From: an uncultured virus (IMG/VR IMGVR_UViG_3300025879_001642)
Taxonomy: Duplodnaviria; Heunggongvirae; Uroviricota; Caudoviricetes
DNA length: 64,000 bases
Direction: 5' to 3' (one strand)
Virus record (IMG/VR): IMGVR_UViG_3300025879_001642
Numbering within the stretch: the first letter of the stretch is position 1; the number at the start of each line of letters is the position of its first letter. Positions 1-8,790 of the stretch are shown in pieces. The notes under the pieces were generated by a model. It saw only the letters and a list, made by a program, of their open reading frames with translations. It had not been told where the DNA came from and ran no database searches. A program made the translations under genes and the position numbers.

Positions 1-1
1 T

Positions 2-391
2 TCTTGATTTGATTACTAACGCACCAACAGGGTCAAAACCTTCATCTTCATACTTCACTTCAATAACCACATTATTATCTAAAGGGAAACATAGTTCATA
101 TAAACGATAGAAAAATTGTCTTGGTGGATACCACGCTGACTCGATAGAGAACACCCCTTCATCTATTGAATCATATAATTGAGTCCACTTAGGTCCTAAA
201 TTTTCATACGACCAACTATTCATTACACTACCACCATCTTCACTTAACTCTACGTTATCATAGAATGCCTTTGCAAATGCAACAATAGCATCTTCATCAC
301 TATCATTTACTTGGTCAACCAACGAATCAACTAACTTTACCACTTCTTCGTTACCCTTTACTTCAACGTAACTTTTTAAATTATTTGCCAT
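2..391 (-). CDS. YubB/DUF1281-like protein, runs off the window edge; paralogue of 409..978
   Basis: Manually translated from ATG at 391: MANNLKSYVEVKGNEEVV...NLGPKW...SIESAWYPP...EVKYEDEGFDPVGALV. G-x-KW and SAW-x-PP motifs; aligns end to end with the neighbouring ORF. Confidence 0.6.
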   Translation of the reverse strand, partial: MANNLKSYVEVKGNEEVVKLVDSLVDQVNDSDEDAIVAFAKAFYDNVELSEDGGSVMNSWSYENLGPKWTQLYDSIDEGVFSIESAWYPPRQFFYRLYELCFPLDNNVVIEVKYEDEGFDPVGALVIKSR

Positions 392-408
392 TTTATATTT
401 TTTTTAAA

Positions 409-978
409 TTAAACTTCTATTTTATTTCCTTCACCACTCCAAACCGTATCGTGAGCGTAATTTAAAGAACCAATCATAATATCATCCAACTCTTCCATAA
501 ACTCCATCTGAGTATCTTCATAGTCTTCATCGTCAAAATCCATATCCTCAGTTGGGTCTTCAATGTCGTAATCCTCTGACATCGACCATGCAGGAACACC
601 ATTGTGGTCTTTTTTAACTACCAATCCACCGACTGGCTCGTATGACTCATCTTGGAACTTAACTAAGATTTCAACATTCGGGTCAATCTTAGATGCCAAC
701 TTATATAACTGTACCCAAAAATGTTCAGGAGTATAACCTGCCGATGAAATATTCCATTCTCCACGGTCCATTTCATTTTCAACGTAAATCCACTTAGCAC
801 CTACATTATCAAATAACCAATCGTGTGGTACCCCTTTTTCGTAATCCGTTCCGTAAAACGTATTTACGAACGTATGAGTCTCTGCGTACCCACCCGCGTT
901 TTTAAATAGGTTATCCATTGCTTCAATTACCTCGTCAGTACCATTAACTTCAAGGTAGTTTGTCATTGTATTCGCCAT
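409..978 (-). CDS. YubB/DUF1281-like protein with acidic tail
   Basis: 189 aa; NVGAKW, SSAGYTP, VKFQDESYEPVGGLV; paralogous to 2..391. Confidence 0.55.
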   Translation of the reverse strand: MANTMTNYLEVNGTDEVIEAMDNLFKNAGGYAETHTFVNTFYGTDYEKGVPHDWLFDNVGAKWIYVENEMDRGEWNISSAGYTPEHFWVQLYKLASKIDPNVEILVKFQDESYEPVGGLVVKKDHNGVPAWSMSEDYDIEDPTEDMDFDDEDYEDTQMEFMEELDDIMIGSLNYAHDTVWSGEGNKIEV

Positions 979-979
979 C

Positions 980-1180
980 TTATTCTTCTTTTAATTCAGG
1001 CCACTCAGTGTCCTCTAACACTTTGTCGTTCACCAGTTCAAACTCAACATTATCAATGATATCTTGTTGTAAATCATCATCACCTGAGTTCCAATCTTTC
1101 AATTGTTGTTCTGTCAATTCCTCCCAAGTTTCTTCATATCGTATTGTCGTAACAATAACTCTTCTTTCTAATTTTGCCAT
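980..1180 (-). CDS. hypothetical protein
   Basis: 66-aa ORF tightly packed in a co-directional run. Confidence 0.7.
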   Translation of the reverse strand: MAKLERRVIVTTIRYEETWEELTEQQLKDWNSGDDDLQQDIIDNVEFELVNDKVLEDTEWPELKEE

Positions 1181-1194
1181 TATATCTTTATTTT

Positions 1195-1569
1195 TTAATA
1201 TTCGTATTCACCGGTTTCACTCGCTTGGAAACCACCATATTTTGTGTACTCTTCATCTGGCACACCTACTTGAATGAATGATTCCTCACCCTTGTTACGA
1301 GAATCATAGAACTCCTCCATATCGTAAACCTCTTCCATACACAACTCATATACGGCGTCTTCACCATACACTTCTTTGTTAGTCTCGTTCTCATAGAACT
1401 CATATTCGTTATACACCTTGTTGTATAGGTATTGAACCAATTCCTTATCAGAGTCTCCCTCATATGGTGGTTCACACTTACGAAGTGCCTCTACGTTAAC
1501 CTCAATCGGTTCACTTGCCGCTGAGACTGTCCAAGTCTCTACTTTACGGACATAAACTTTTTCTGACAT
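1195..1569 (-). CDS. hypothetical acidic protein
   Basis: 124-aa ORF, packed operon. Confidence 0.75.
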   Translation of the reverse strand: MSEKVYVRKVETWTVSAASEPIEVNVEALRKCEPPYEGDSDKELVQYLYNKVYNEYEFYENETNKEVYGEDAVYELCMEEVYDMEEFYDSRNKGEESFIQVGVPDEEYTKYGGFQASETGEYEY

Positions 1570-1575
1570 AATACC

Positions 1576-1779
1576 TTAGTTTAAAATTCCTTTTCCTAAA
1601 ACCATCGGTGAACCGTCTTTGTGTGTCGCCACCAAAAATATTGATTCTCTCTCCTCAATAATTGGGGTAACTCCTTTGAATACGTTAGGATAGTTTTTCT
1701 GTACATAAGCAGTAACTTGCTCCTCAACCTGTTTGTCAATTTTTTTCTCCATATCTTTTATTATTTTTTTTAGATTCAC
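1576..1779 (-). CDS. hypothetical protein (start may be the ATG at 1752)
   Basis: 67-aa ORF; a TACATTTG -7 element at 1782-1789 lies immediately upstream. Confidence 0.65.
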   Translation of the reverse strand: MNLKKIIKDMEKKIDKQVEEQVTAYVQKNYPNVFKGVTPIIEERESIFLVATHKDGSPMVLGKGILN

Positions 1780-1822
1780 TACAAATGTAAGACATTATAT
1801 CTTATAAAAAAAAAGTATTTCT

Positions 1823-2056
1823 CTATTTCTTTAAATTTTTTATTCTTCTTTCCAAATACCAAAGCGCCTTCTCTAAGTCCTGTACTGGTGGGTTACCATC
1901 TTTCTTACCCTTTCTACCAATATATTTAATGACATTGAATAGGTAAGCATCTTCATCTAATCCCCACGCTTCCGCAACTTTAACAACCTCATATGGGTTC
2001 TCTTCTCCCCCGTAATGTTCAGGGTGTTTTACCATTTCATTATTACCTTCTTCCAT
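1823..2056 (-). CDS. DUF3310 (SaV / T7 gp1.7-like) protein
   Basis: VKHPEHYG...NVIKYIGR..KKDG...QDLEKALWYL signature. Confidence 0.85.
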   Translation of the reverse strand: MEEGNNEMVKHPEHYGGEENPYEVVKVAEAWGLDEDAYLFNVIKYIGRKGKKDGNPPVQDLEKALWYLERRIKNLKK

Positions 2057-2071
2057 TCCTATACTATAACT

Positions 2072-2209
2072 TTATAATCCGATTATAATTTCCCACTTCA
2101 ACCAACCAATGATTAATTCTATATCACCATTAAGTAGTCTATCGTGGGTTAGTTTAATAAATGGTGTCACATATATTTGACCCCATACTTCACATTTTGT
2201 TATTTTCAT
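2072..2209 (-). CDS. small hypothetical protein (45 aa)
   Basis: Manual translation MKITKCEVWGQIYVTPFIKLTHDRLLNGDIELIIGWLKWEIIIGL; fills the gap between neighbours. Confidence 0.55.
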   Translation of the reverse strand: MKITKCEVWGQIYVTPFIKLTHDRLLNGDIELIIGWLKWEIIIGL

Positions 2210-2211
2210 AT

Positions 2212-2805
2212 CTATACTATCATTGAATTAGCAAAGTTTATACTCAATACCAACGAAGTGATTAATATCTTCATACCAATCGCAATCAGTATAATACCAA
2301 AAACTCTTTCCATTATTGTAATACCCACAACTCCCAACTTATTCTGAATCCACGATGCCGATTTTAAGAATACATAGATAACCATCGCATTTAGTACGAT
2401 ACCAATAATAATAACCAAATCATTCATATCCTGAGTCAATGACATAATTGTTGATAACGTACCTGGACCTGCAATGATTGGGAACGCAATTGGGAATATC
2501 GTCGCAGGCATCGGTTGAGACTTATCTTGCTCATCAATACCTAAAACCATTTTAACACCAAAGTAAAGTAGTAACATCGCCCCCGCCAATGCGAAATGAA
2601 ATGTTTCAATACCTAACAAAGTAAACAGGGTCTTACCAACAAATAACATAGTCACCATTATACATACTGATATAACTGTCGCCTTAAGCGATTCAATCTC
2701 ACCATTCTCTTTCCTTAATCGTATAATCAAAGGAACATTCCCCGGCATATCTATCACCGCAAACAATGTCAAAAATACTGTCAGTATGTTTAATACAATT
2801 TCCAT
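2212..2805 (-). CDS. marC: MarC family integral membrane protein
   Basis: LFAVIDMPGNVP, IFPIAFPIIAGPGT, ERVFGIILIAIG motifs; about six hydrophobic segments. Confidence 0.9.
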   Translation of the reverse strand: MEIVLNILTVFLTLFAVIDMPGNVPLIIRLRKENGEIESLKATVISVCIMVTMLFVGKTLFTLLGIETFHFALAGAMLLLYFGVKMVLGIDEQDKSQPMPATIFPIAFPIIAGPGTLSTIMSLTQDMNDLVIIIGIVLNAMVIYVFLKSASWIQNKLGVVGITIMERVFGIILIAIGMKILITSLVLSINFANSMIV

Positions 2806-2806
2806 T

Positions 2807-4579
2807 TTACTTAATCCACATTTTTTCGTTAATAACTAATATGTCAACATCACAACCGTTGTATAGGTTGAATGCATCTTCAGGGGTTTCAACAATCGGT
2901 TCCCCCGCTAAGTTCAGAGAAGTGTTAAGAATTACTGGTACTCCACTATGTTTCTCAAACGCACGTATTAAATCGTAGTATCTTTCATTGTCACTTCTTT
3001 CAACTGTCTGAATTCTTGCGGTACCATCAACGTGAGTTACCGAAGGAATCTTATCTGAAATCACATCACAAATCTTCAACATATACGGAGACTCACCTTT
3101 AAAGTCAAAGTACTCCTCAACATTTTCAATACAAACTGCCGGTGCGAATGGTCTAAACCACTCTCTGTTCTTGATGTCAAAGTTAATATAATCTCTCATA
3201 TTTTCCAAACATGGATTCGCAATAAAACTTCTATGACCTAAGGCTCTCGGACCGAACTCAGAACCACCTTGGAACCAAGCGATTACCTTACCCTTATTTA
3301 AATGGTCTCCTAATACTTCGTAATCAATTAACTGACCACCTTCAGGAGTATCGTACTCTTTACCTGTATAAACTACCTCACCGACCGTCTTAGTAACTCT
3401 ATCGATGTCTAATATGTTATGCGTAACGTATAATGCACAACCCACTGATAATCCGTCATCACCAGCTCCTGGATATGGAGACACCGTACTAAAGGATGTA
3501 TTATGTTGTATCTTACCGTTTGTGGTACAGTTTAAGAACCCACCACCCGCAAGACATAGATTACCTCCATTATATCTTTTTGTTTCGTTATATAGTTTCT
3601 CAGCAAATCTAAAGATGGTATGTTCAAATATGTACTGAATAGTTGCCGCTGCATCCATAGCTTCTTGCGAATCAGAAGTTTCTTTGGTGAAATACTCTAC
3701 GTTGAAGAAGTTATCCGACTCCATAATCTCACCAGGATGTGGGTTAGTAATCACCTTACCAGTAACTTTCATAAATAATCTATACACCCATCTCCAATCA
3801 TCACCACCATCATTTCTTTCCCAATACGATTTAGTGTATTCATCAATATCTTTTACAATATCAGGGTTTACCTTACCATAAGGAGCTAATCCCATAGTAG
3901 TTCCCGCTTTAAACAACCCAGGACCCAAACCTAACGTCTCTGTAAACATAGAGTACGCATGTGCGATATTAACACCAGGGTAGTATAGAGTTTCTAACTT
4001 ATTCCCATAACCGTAACTAAACAATGAACATGCATAAGGGTCAGCCTCTGTTGAATCCAAAGTGAATATCGCAGCTTTGTCGTGGTTCGTTGTATAATAA
4101 GTCGACGCAGCATGTGCGTGATGGTGATTGATAAACCAACCCGGAATAGTCACTCCGTAGATGTCCAAATTAATCTTAACATTCTCAACAGGTCTTTTAG
4201 TTGTTGGAGGACTTAGAAGAACTAAATCTTCAGTAACCTGAAACCCTTTGTTTGGAACAAACTTATCTTTAATATCACCTTCTAAACTTAAGTTGAAACT
4301 ATCTGAAAAGATACTTTTGTCCTCAACGTACATCTTAATGTCTTCAAAGTCATTTTTCCATTCACTACGATTCTCAAACCAATATGAGATACCCACATAA
4401 TCAACATCATTTATCGTTAGTCCCGCTTCTCCCAACACATAATCCATCATTGGTTGTGTGATGTACCTATCTTTCTTAACTCTCGATAGTCTCTCTCTAG
4501 AAATTGCTGAGACTATTTTTCCATCGACCACCAAACAAAGTGATGAGTCGTGATTTGGTGATATACCTAATACTACCAT
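2807..4579 (-). CDS. O-carbamoyltransferase (NodU/CmcH/TobZ family)
   Basis: HDSS, ERLSRVK, HHHAHAAS, MGLAPYG, GDDGLSVG, EFGPRALGHRS, KNREWFRPFAP, HVDGTARIQTV, LNTSLN. Confidence 0.95.
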   Translation of the reverse strand: MVVLGISPNHDSSLCLVVDGKIVSAISRERLSRVKKDRYITQPMMDYVLGEAGLTINDVDYVGISYWFENRSEWKNDFEDIKMYVEDKSIFSDSFNLSLEGDIKDKFVPNKGFQVTEDLVLLSPPTTKRPVENVKINLDIYGVTIPGWFINHHHAHAASTYYTTNHDKAAIFTLDSTEADPYACSLFSYGYGNKLETLYYPGVNIAHAYSMFTETLGLGPGLFKAGTTMGLAPYGKVNPDIVKDIDEYTKSYWERNDGGDDWRWVYRLFMKVTGKVITNPHPGEIMESDNFFNVEYFTKETSDSQEAMDAAATIQYIFEHTIFRFAEKLYNETKRYNGGNLCLAGGGFLNCTTNGKIQHNTSFSTVSPYPGAGDDGLSVGCALYVTHNILDIDRVTKTVGEVVYTGKEYDTPEGGQLIDYEVLGDHLNKGKVIAWFQGGSEFGPRALGHRSFIANPCLENMRDYINFDIKNREWFRPFAPAVCIENVEEYFDFKGESPYMLKICDVISDKIPSVTHVDGTARIQTVERSDNERYYDLIRAFEKHSGVPVILNTSLNLAGEPIVETPEDAFNLYNGCDVDILVINEKMWIK

Positions 4580-4584
4580 ATTTA

Positions 4585-4815
4585 CTATTTTAATTTAACT
4601 GTTATATATCCAGGGTTATAAATGTCCCCTATTTCATACTCCAAATTATAATCATCCAAAGTATCTGTTACTATTTCTTCCATCCTATCAGATAGTCCCG
4701 TTATTATCTCAACGGTATAAAAATTACTGAGTAATACACTATTCATAAACTCATCCACTTTTCGAGGAACGTCTTTATGTCTCACACCGTGTAAGTCTAA
4801 AGAATCTCGTTTCAT
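4585..4815 (-). CDS. stand-alone Smr-domain protein
   Basis: LDLHG...IITG...NPG layout in 76 aa. Confidence 0.7.
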   Translation of the reverse strand: MKRDSLDLHGVRHKDVPRKVDEFMNSVLLSNFYTVEIITGLSDRMEEIVTDTLDDYNLEYEIGDIYNPGYITVKLK

Positions 4816-4816
4816 C

Positions 4817-5680
4817 TTACTTATCCAATACCATTTCGACCTGAGCCATTTCAGCCTTAGTCTTATTTATCCTACCCTCAGATTGTTTAACATAGTTTTC
4901 TGACAATTCAATACCAACATATCTTCTGTTGTGTACCATCGCAGCAACCGCCGTTGTTCCTGAACCTGAGAATGGGTCCATTACTATATCGTTCTGATAC
5001 GATAATATCTTAATCGCTTTCACAGGAATGTCCATAGAGAACGTAGCCTTAGTCAACTGATTGGTGTCTGCAAAGTAACTCCACTGACCAAACACCAAAC
5101 TCATAAACTCCTTTTTATCCTTATCGTCATACTCAACCCTCTTCCTCATTCCTTCACCGTTGGTTTTTTCAACCATCTTTATCTCTGAAGGTGACCATTG
5201 AGGTTCTCCTTTAACTTTCTTTTTATAATCCTTTTTATATCCTAAAATAACACACTCCTTTGGATTATAAATGTACGGAGCCGATGGACTCATCCAACTA
5301 CCCCAAGCCGTTGTCTTACTTCTATGTGGTGAATCCTCATCTAAGTCAACCAACCCAAAAAATCCAAACCCTATCTCTTTCATTATTTGGTAGAACTCAG
5401 ACGCAAAAAATATTCGACCACCTCTCTCTCTTACATTGGTTTCGTAAGGGATATTAATTGCAACTCGACCGTCATCCTTAAGAGTATCATAAGCTCCCTG
5501 TAACCATTGACGAGTGAAGTCCCAATACTCTTCCATCGACATCTCATCCATATGTGTGTCGTAATTGATGCCCACATTGTATGGTGGCGAGGTAATCATT
5601 AAGTCAACAGACTCATTAGGCATCTCTTTAAGTACGTCAATACAACTACCCTGAGTAATCTTATTTATATATTTCTCCAT
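4817..5680 (-). CDS. DNA methyltransferase, beta class (probably N4-cytosine)
   Basis: Motif IV TSPPY precedes motif I DPFSGSGTT. Confidence 0.92.
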   Translation of the reverse strand: MEKYINKITQGSCIDVLKEMPNESVDLMITSPPYNVGINYDTHMDEMSMEEYWDFTRQWLQGAYDTLKDDGRVAINIPYETNVRERGGRIFFASEFYQIMKEIGFGFFGLVDLDEDSPHRSKTTAWGSWMSPSAPYIYNPKECVILGYKKDYKKKVKGEPQWSPSEIKMVEKTNGEGMRKRVEYDDKDKKEFMSLVFGQWSYFADTNQLTKATFSMDIPVKAIKILSYQNDIVMDPFSGSGTTAVAAMVHNRRYVGIELSENYVKQSEGRINKTKAEMAQVEMVLDK

Positions 5681-5739
5681 TCTATATTATCGTTTTAGTA
5701 AGTATAGAAAAAATAAATCGTAAAGTCCAGTAATGACAT

Positions 5740-5775
5740 AAAAAAAAAACACCCATTAGATTTCTCCAATGAGTG
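5740..5775 (-). terminator. intrinsic terminator
   Basis: Minus strand CACTCATTGGA-GAAA-TCTAATGGGTG followed by a long T run; the G-U pairs work only on this strand. Confidence 0.85.
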
Positions 5776-5820
5776 CTTAATCAATTTATTAGGAAATAAA
5801 CTTAGGGACGGTAATAAATA

Positions 5821-6150
5821 CTACCTTAGTTCCATTTGTTTAACTTTTTCTATAAAAAGTTCAACATCATTAACAGACAACTTTGTCTGTATCGGTTCCC
5901 CATCAATTAATTCGATATCCCCCTGAACTTTATTACATAGAGCAACCTCAAAGGTACTCTTTATTCTATTGGTCCACACACTAAAGTCATTATCTATCAA
6001 AGCAATACGGTCATACTTATTTAAATCTCCGTAAGCTCCACCACCACTACATACCGATACGTACCAATTTTCATTGATGGGATAGATACCGTGAATACCT
6101 TTACCCTCTAACCTGTGTTCTTCAAATTTGATGTTATTAAACTCTAACAT
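5821..6150 (-). CDS. hypothetical protein
   Basis: 109-aa ORF. Confidence 0.7.
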   Translation of the reverse strand: MLEFNNIKFEEHRLEGKGIHGIYPINENWYVSVCSGGGAYGDLNKYDRIALIDNDFSVWTNRIKSTFEVALCNKVQGDIELIDGEPIQTKLSVNDVELFIEKVKQMELR

Positions 6151-6260
6151 AACTTACATCTCATTAGATAATATGTAAGTTAAGAACACAACAGTGTCAA
6201 TATTAAAAGATACCATGTTTCCGAAAGATATAACCTGTTCATACATTTTAGAGTACATAC

Positions 6261-6398
6261 CTACTTAAATTCTTTAACTTTTTCCAACCTCTTAGTTAGT
6301 TCCTTTATTAACTCACTACTACCACCACCAGATTTTGTCTTCTCATTCTGAATCGTATTTTCTAGTAGACCTATAATTTCTTTCTTTTTATTACTCAT
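6261..6398 (-). CDS. small hypothetical protein (45 aa)
   Basis: Manual translation MSNKKKEIIGLLENTIQNEK...; packed with neighbours. Confidence 0.5.
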   Translation of the reverse strand: MSNKKKEIIGLLENTIQNEKTKSGGGSSELIKELTKRLEKVKEFK

Positions 6399-6400
6399 CC

Positions 6401-6580
6401 TTATTGTATTTTATTTTTAGATTTTATTTGTTTCCATAGGTCTTCATATACATCACTCAACCTACCTTTGTATCCTCCGTCTTTAACCTTTCTAACCTCA
6501 TCAATAAGATGACTTCTCAGACCTCTCTTATTGGCCTCAAATAATATTTCTTCAATATACTCCTCAGATGAAAATCCCAT
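6401..6580 (-). CDS. small hypothetical protein (59 aa)
   Basis: Manual translation MGFSSEEYIEEILFEANKRGL...; 4 nt from the upstream stop. Confidence 0.6.
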   Translation of the reverse strand: MGFSSEEYIEEILFEANKRGLRSHLIDEVRKVKDGGYKGRLSDVYEDLWKQIKSKNKIQ

Positions 6581-6584
6581 ACCT

Positions 6585-7358
6585 TTATTTTGTTAATGTT
6601 GTTAATAAAAATTTAAATATCTTAGTGTAGTGCACATCATAATTCTCACCACCCATTGGTATTACATTCGCACTGGTCGGACAAACTTCTAACATCCGTC
6701 TTACCTTTAAAGACTCCGCAATTGAATAGTATTCATTTTGATTACCGATAAATAATGAACATCCCTTAATGATTTGAGCCGCATCCATATAATCTTTAGG
6801 TTTGATATGAATTAGATTGTTAACTTTTTCACTAATTCTTTGGTATTCCAAATCATCACCAATGAATACAAACTTAACATCTGGAAAGTCATTGATAACC
6901 GACCAATCCACATTCTCATTTTGATATGACAATGAACGAGATAAAACTACCTTACGATTATACCTCTCGTTTGATTTTAGATTAATACACGGTCTCTCAA
7001 ATGGGACACTTAATCCCATCATTGTTGAAAAGTATCTAACAATAGACCCTGATTTATAATTGATTGGTTGTTCTCTGAAAATATCTAAGTCGACATTTAT
7101 TTTTGTAGTATCCCCATCAAAGATTTTAACGTCATCGATGTAGTATTGATTCTTTAATAGATTCTTAAGTGAATCGACATCCTCTTTGATTAACATAAAA
7201 GGCCTATGTGAGTAACCCTCTGTAAATTTTTCCTTATTATCCATACCCACCTGTAAGTGTAGTATTGCTTGAGTGTCGTTTAAGTCACACGCAGTTTTAA
7301 TTGAAGGTAATGAATAGAATAAATCGCTTACCGTTCCTGAATGTTTAAAGTGAATCAT
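6585..7358 (-). CDS. GT-B glycosyltransferase, GT9/heptosyltransferase-like
   Basis: N-terminal HSGTVSDLFYSLP (variant of G.GD...SLP) and C-terminal DAAQIIKGCSLFIGNQ...IAESL. Confidence 0.65.
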   Translation of the reverse strand: MIHFKHSGTVSDLFYSLPSIKTACDLNDTQAILHLQVGMDNKEKFTEGYSHRPFMLIKEDVDSLKNLLKNQYYIDDVKIFDGDTTKINVDLDIFREQPINYKSGSIVRYFSTMMGLSVPFERPCINLKSNERYNRKVVLSRSLSYQNENVDWSVINDFPDVKFVFIGDDLEYQRISEKVNNLIHIKPKDYMDAAQIIKGCSLFIGNQNEYYSIAESLKVRRMLEVCPTSANVIPMGGENYDVHYTKIFKFLLTTLTK

Positions 7359-7395
7359 ATTGTTTTTTTTATCTATTACTAAAACATAATAAAAT

Positions 7396-7427
7396 AAAAA
7401 AGGGGAGTCAATATTTGACTCCCCTTT
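7396..7427 (-). terminator. intrinsic terminator
   Basis: Perfect 13-bp inverted repeat AAAGGGGAGTCAA/TTGACTCCCCTTT with a T tail on the minus strand. Confidence 0.85.
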
Positions 7428-7447
7428 GGTAAATGTTTTTAAGTAAT

Positions 7448-7663
7448 TTAGATTATATCAGAATTCTCTAACATCCCTTTAATTATCTCACTATTCTTCG
7501 AGAAGAATATACCGAAACCGATACCTCCAATAAATGGATATCCACCTAAAAGAAATAAAGAACCTAAACCTAAAGCCACCATTGCGGTGAAACCCTTTGT
7601 TTTCGCAAAATCAACTGCCTTACCATACAGACCCTTTGCAATTTGAAAAAATGATTTTAACAT
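7448..7663 (-). CDS. small membrane protein
   Basis: Gly-rich hydrophobic hairpin; own promoter motif and terminator. Confidence 0.75.
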   Translation of the reverse strand: MLKSFFQIAKGLYGKAVDFAKTKGFTAMVALGLGSLFLLGGYPFIGGIGFGIFFSKNSEIIKGMLENSDII

Positions 7664-7698
7664 ACCTTTAAAATTATTAATTACGTTTATTACTCATA

Positions 7699-7706
7699 TA
7701 TAAATA
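7699..7706 (-). promoter_or_regulatory. TATTTATA phage (late-type) promoter motif
   Basis: Recurrent intergenic motif upstream of ATG 7663. Confidence 0.7.
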
Positions 7707-7808
7707 TCACCGAATACTAAAATAACTTTGTAGTATCGATTTATTTTCTATCGATTTTAATAAACTTTAACTTAAAGTAGTTAAAATAATATATAATTGA
7801 GATAAAAT

Positions 7809-8228
7809 TTATTCTTCTGTCTCTTCTTCGTCCTCTTCACTCATCATCTTATCAACTAAAGCTGAACCTGCACCTGCAGCCGCTGCTCTACCTAATGACA
7901 TAGCAATTGGATTTTCGTTTAATTCTTCTTCTGTCATCCATCCTTCAGAGATTGAAGTGTCAGCACATTTCTTACCGTACGTCTCCATCATATCATTAAC
8001 AGACTCACACATACCTTGGTAAGACTCTAAACATTCTTTACCTTCCATACATGCAATTTCGTACATCATAGAACCACAGTCCTCTAACATCTCCATTAAT
8101 TTTGTTTTCTTCTCTTCTGATTCATTGATTGTGAATTCAAATCTACCGAAATCTAATTTTTTAGGTGCCGAATCGTGTAAGTTTTTGATTCTATCTACCT
8201 CTTCTTGTAATAATCTTAAGTTTTTCAT
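7809..8228 (-). CDS. acidic putative head-associated protein
   Basis: LLQEE, INESE, ISEG, LNEN motifs; TATTTATA at 8245-8252. Confidence 0.6.
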   Translation of the reverse strand: MKNLRLLQEEVDRIKNLHDSAPKKLDFGRFEFTINESEEKKTKLMEMLEDCGSMMYEIACMEGKECLESYQGMCESVNDMMETYGKKCADTSISEGWMTEEELNENPIAMSLGRAAAAGAGSALVDKMMSEEDEEETEE

Positions 8229-8285
8229 AATAATTTTTTATATCTATAAATAGTTAAGGTTTTAAAAAAACCTCTCTAATTGGTA

Positions 8286-8627
8286 TTAATAACCAAATAA
8301 TTTACCTAATAACTTATACCATACATCTTCAGATACTGTTGTTTTTCTGAATGACCACATTCTTCTATCCGATAATTCTGAATAGTATCTAAGTAGTGGT
8401 GTTCTTAAGAATAGAAAATCACACTCATACGAAGTTTTTCTTACCTCAGCACCGTTAGGTAGTCTGAAGGTAACTTTAAGAAATGAGTAACTTCTTAATT
8501 TGTACTCAACCCTAAAAAAATCAAACCCCCATTCGTGGTGGTGATTGTGTAATAAGACTTCTAATAAAATTACAGACAAATTTAGTCTCCTAGTCTTCCA
8601 ACTTATTTTTTGTAGTATCTTTTTCAT
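8286..8627 (-). CDS. hypothetical protein
   Basis: 113-aa ORF. Confidence 0.65.
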   Translation of the reverse strand: MKKILQKISWKTRRLNLSVILLEVLLHNHHHEWGFDFFRVEYKLRSYSFLKVTFRLPNGAEVRKTSYECDFLFLRTPLLRYYSELSDRRMWSFRKTTVSEDVWYKLLGKLFGY

Positions 8628-8790
8628 AGTATGGATTATTTCTATTGTATTTATTCTTACTAACGTTTTTCCTTAATGGTATATCAATATCGTAGGGGAT
8701 AGTATTCTTCCTGTAAACCTTTGGTGTATGGTAGAAACCACAGGAGGTAAACAAAAGACATACTAACCCTATCAATATCTTATTCATCAT
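8590..8790 (-). CDS. small lipoprotein
   Basis: Basic N-terminus, hydrophobic stretch, lipobox LFTS-C. Confidence 0.6.
   Translation of the reverse strand: MMNKILIGLVCLLFTSCGFYHTPKVYRKNTIPYDIDIPLRKNVSKNKYNRNNPYYEKDTTKNKLED

Noticed and set aside
6154..6258. Possible 34-aa ORF (MYSKMYEQVISFG...)
   Set aside because: Fits the gap but is too short and featureless to support.
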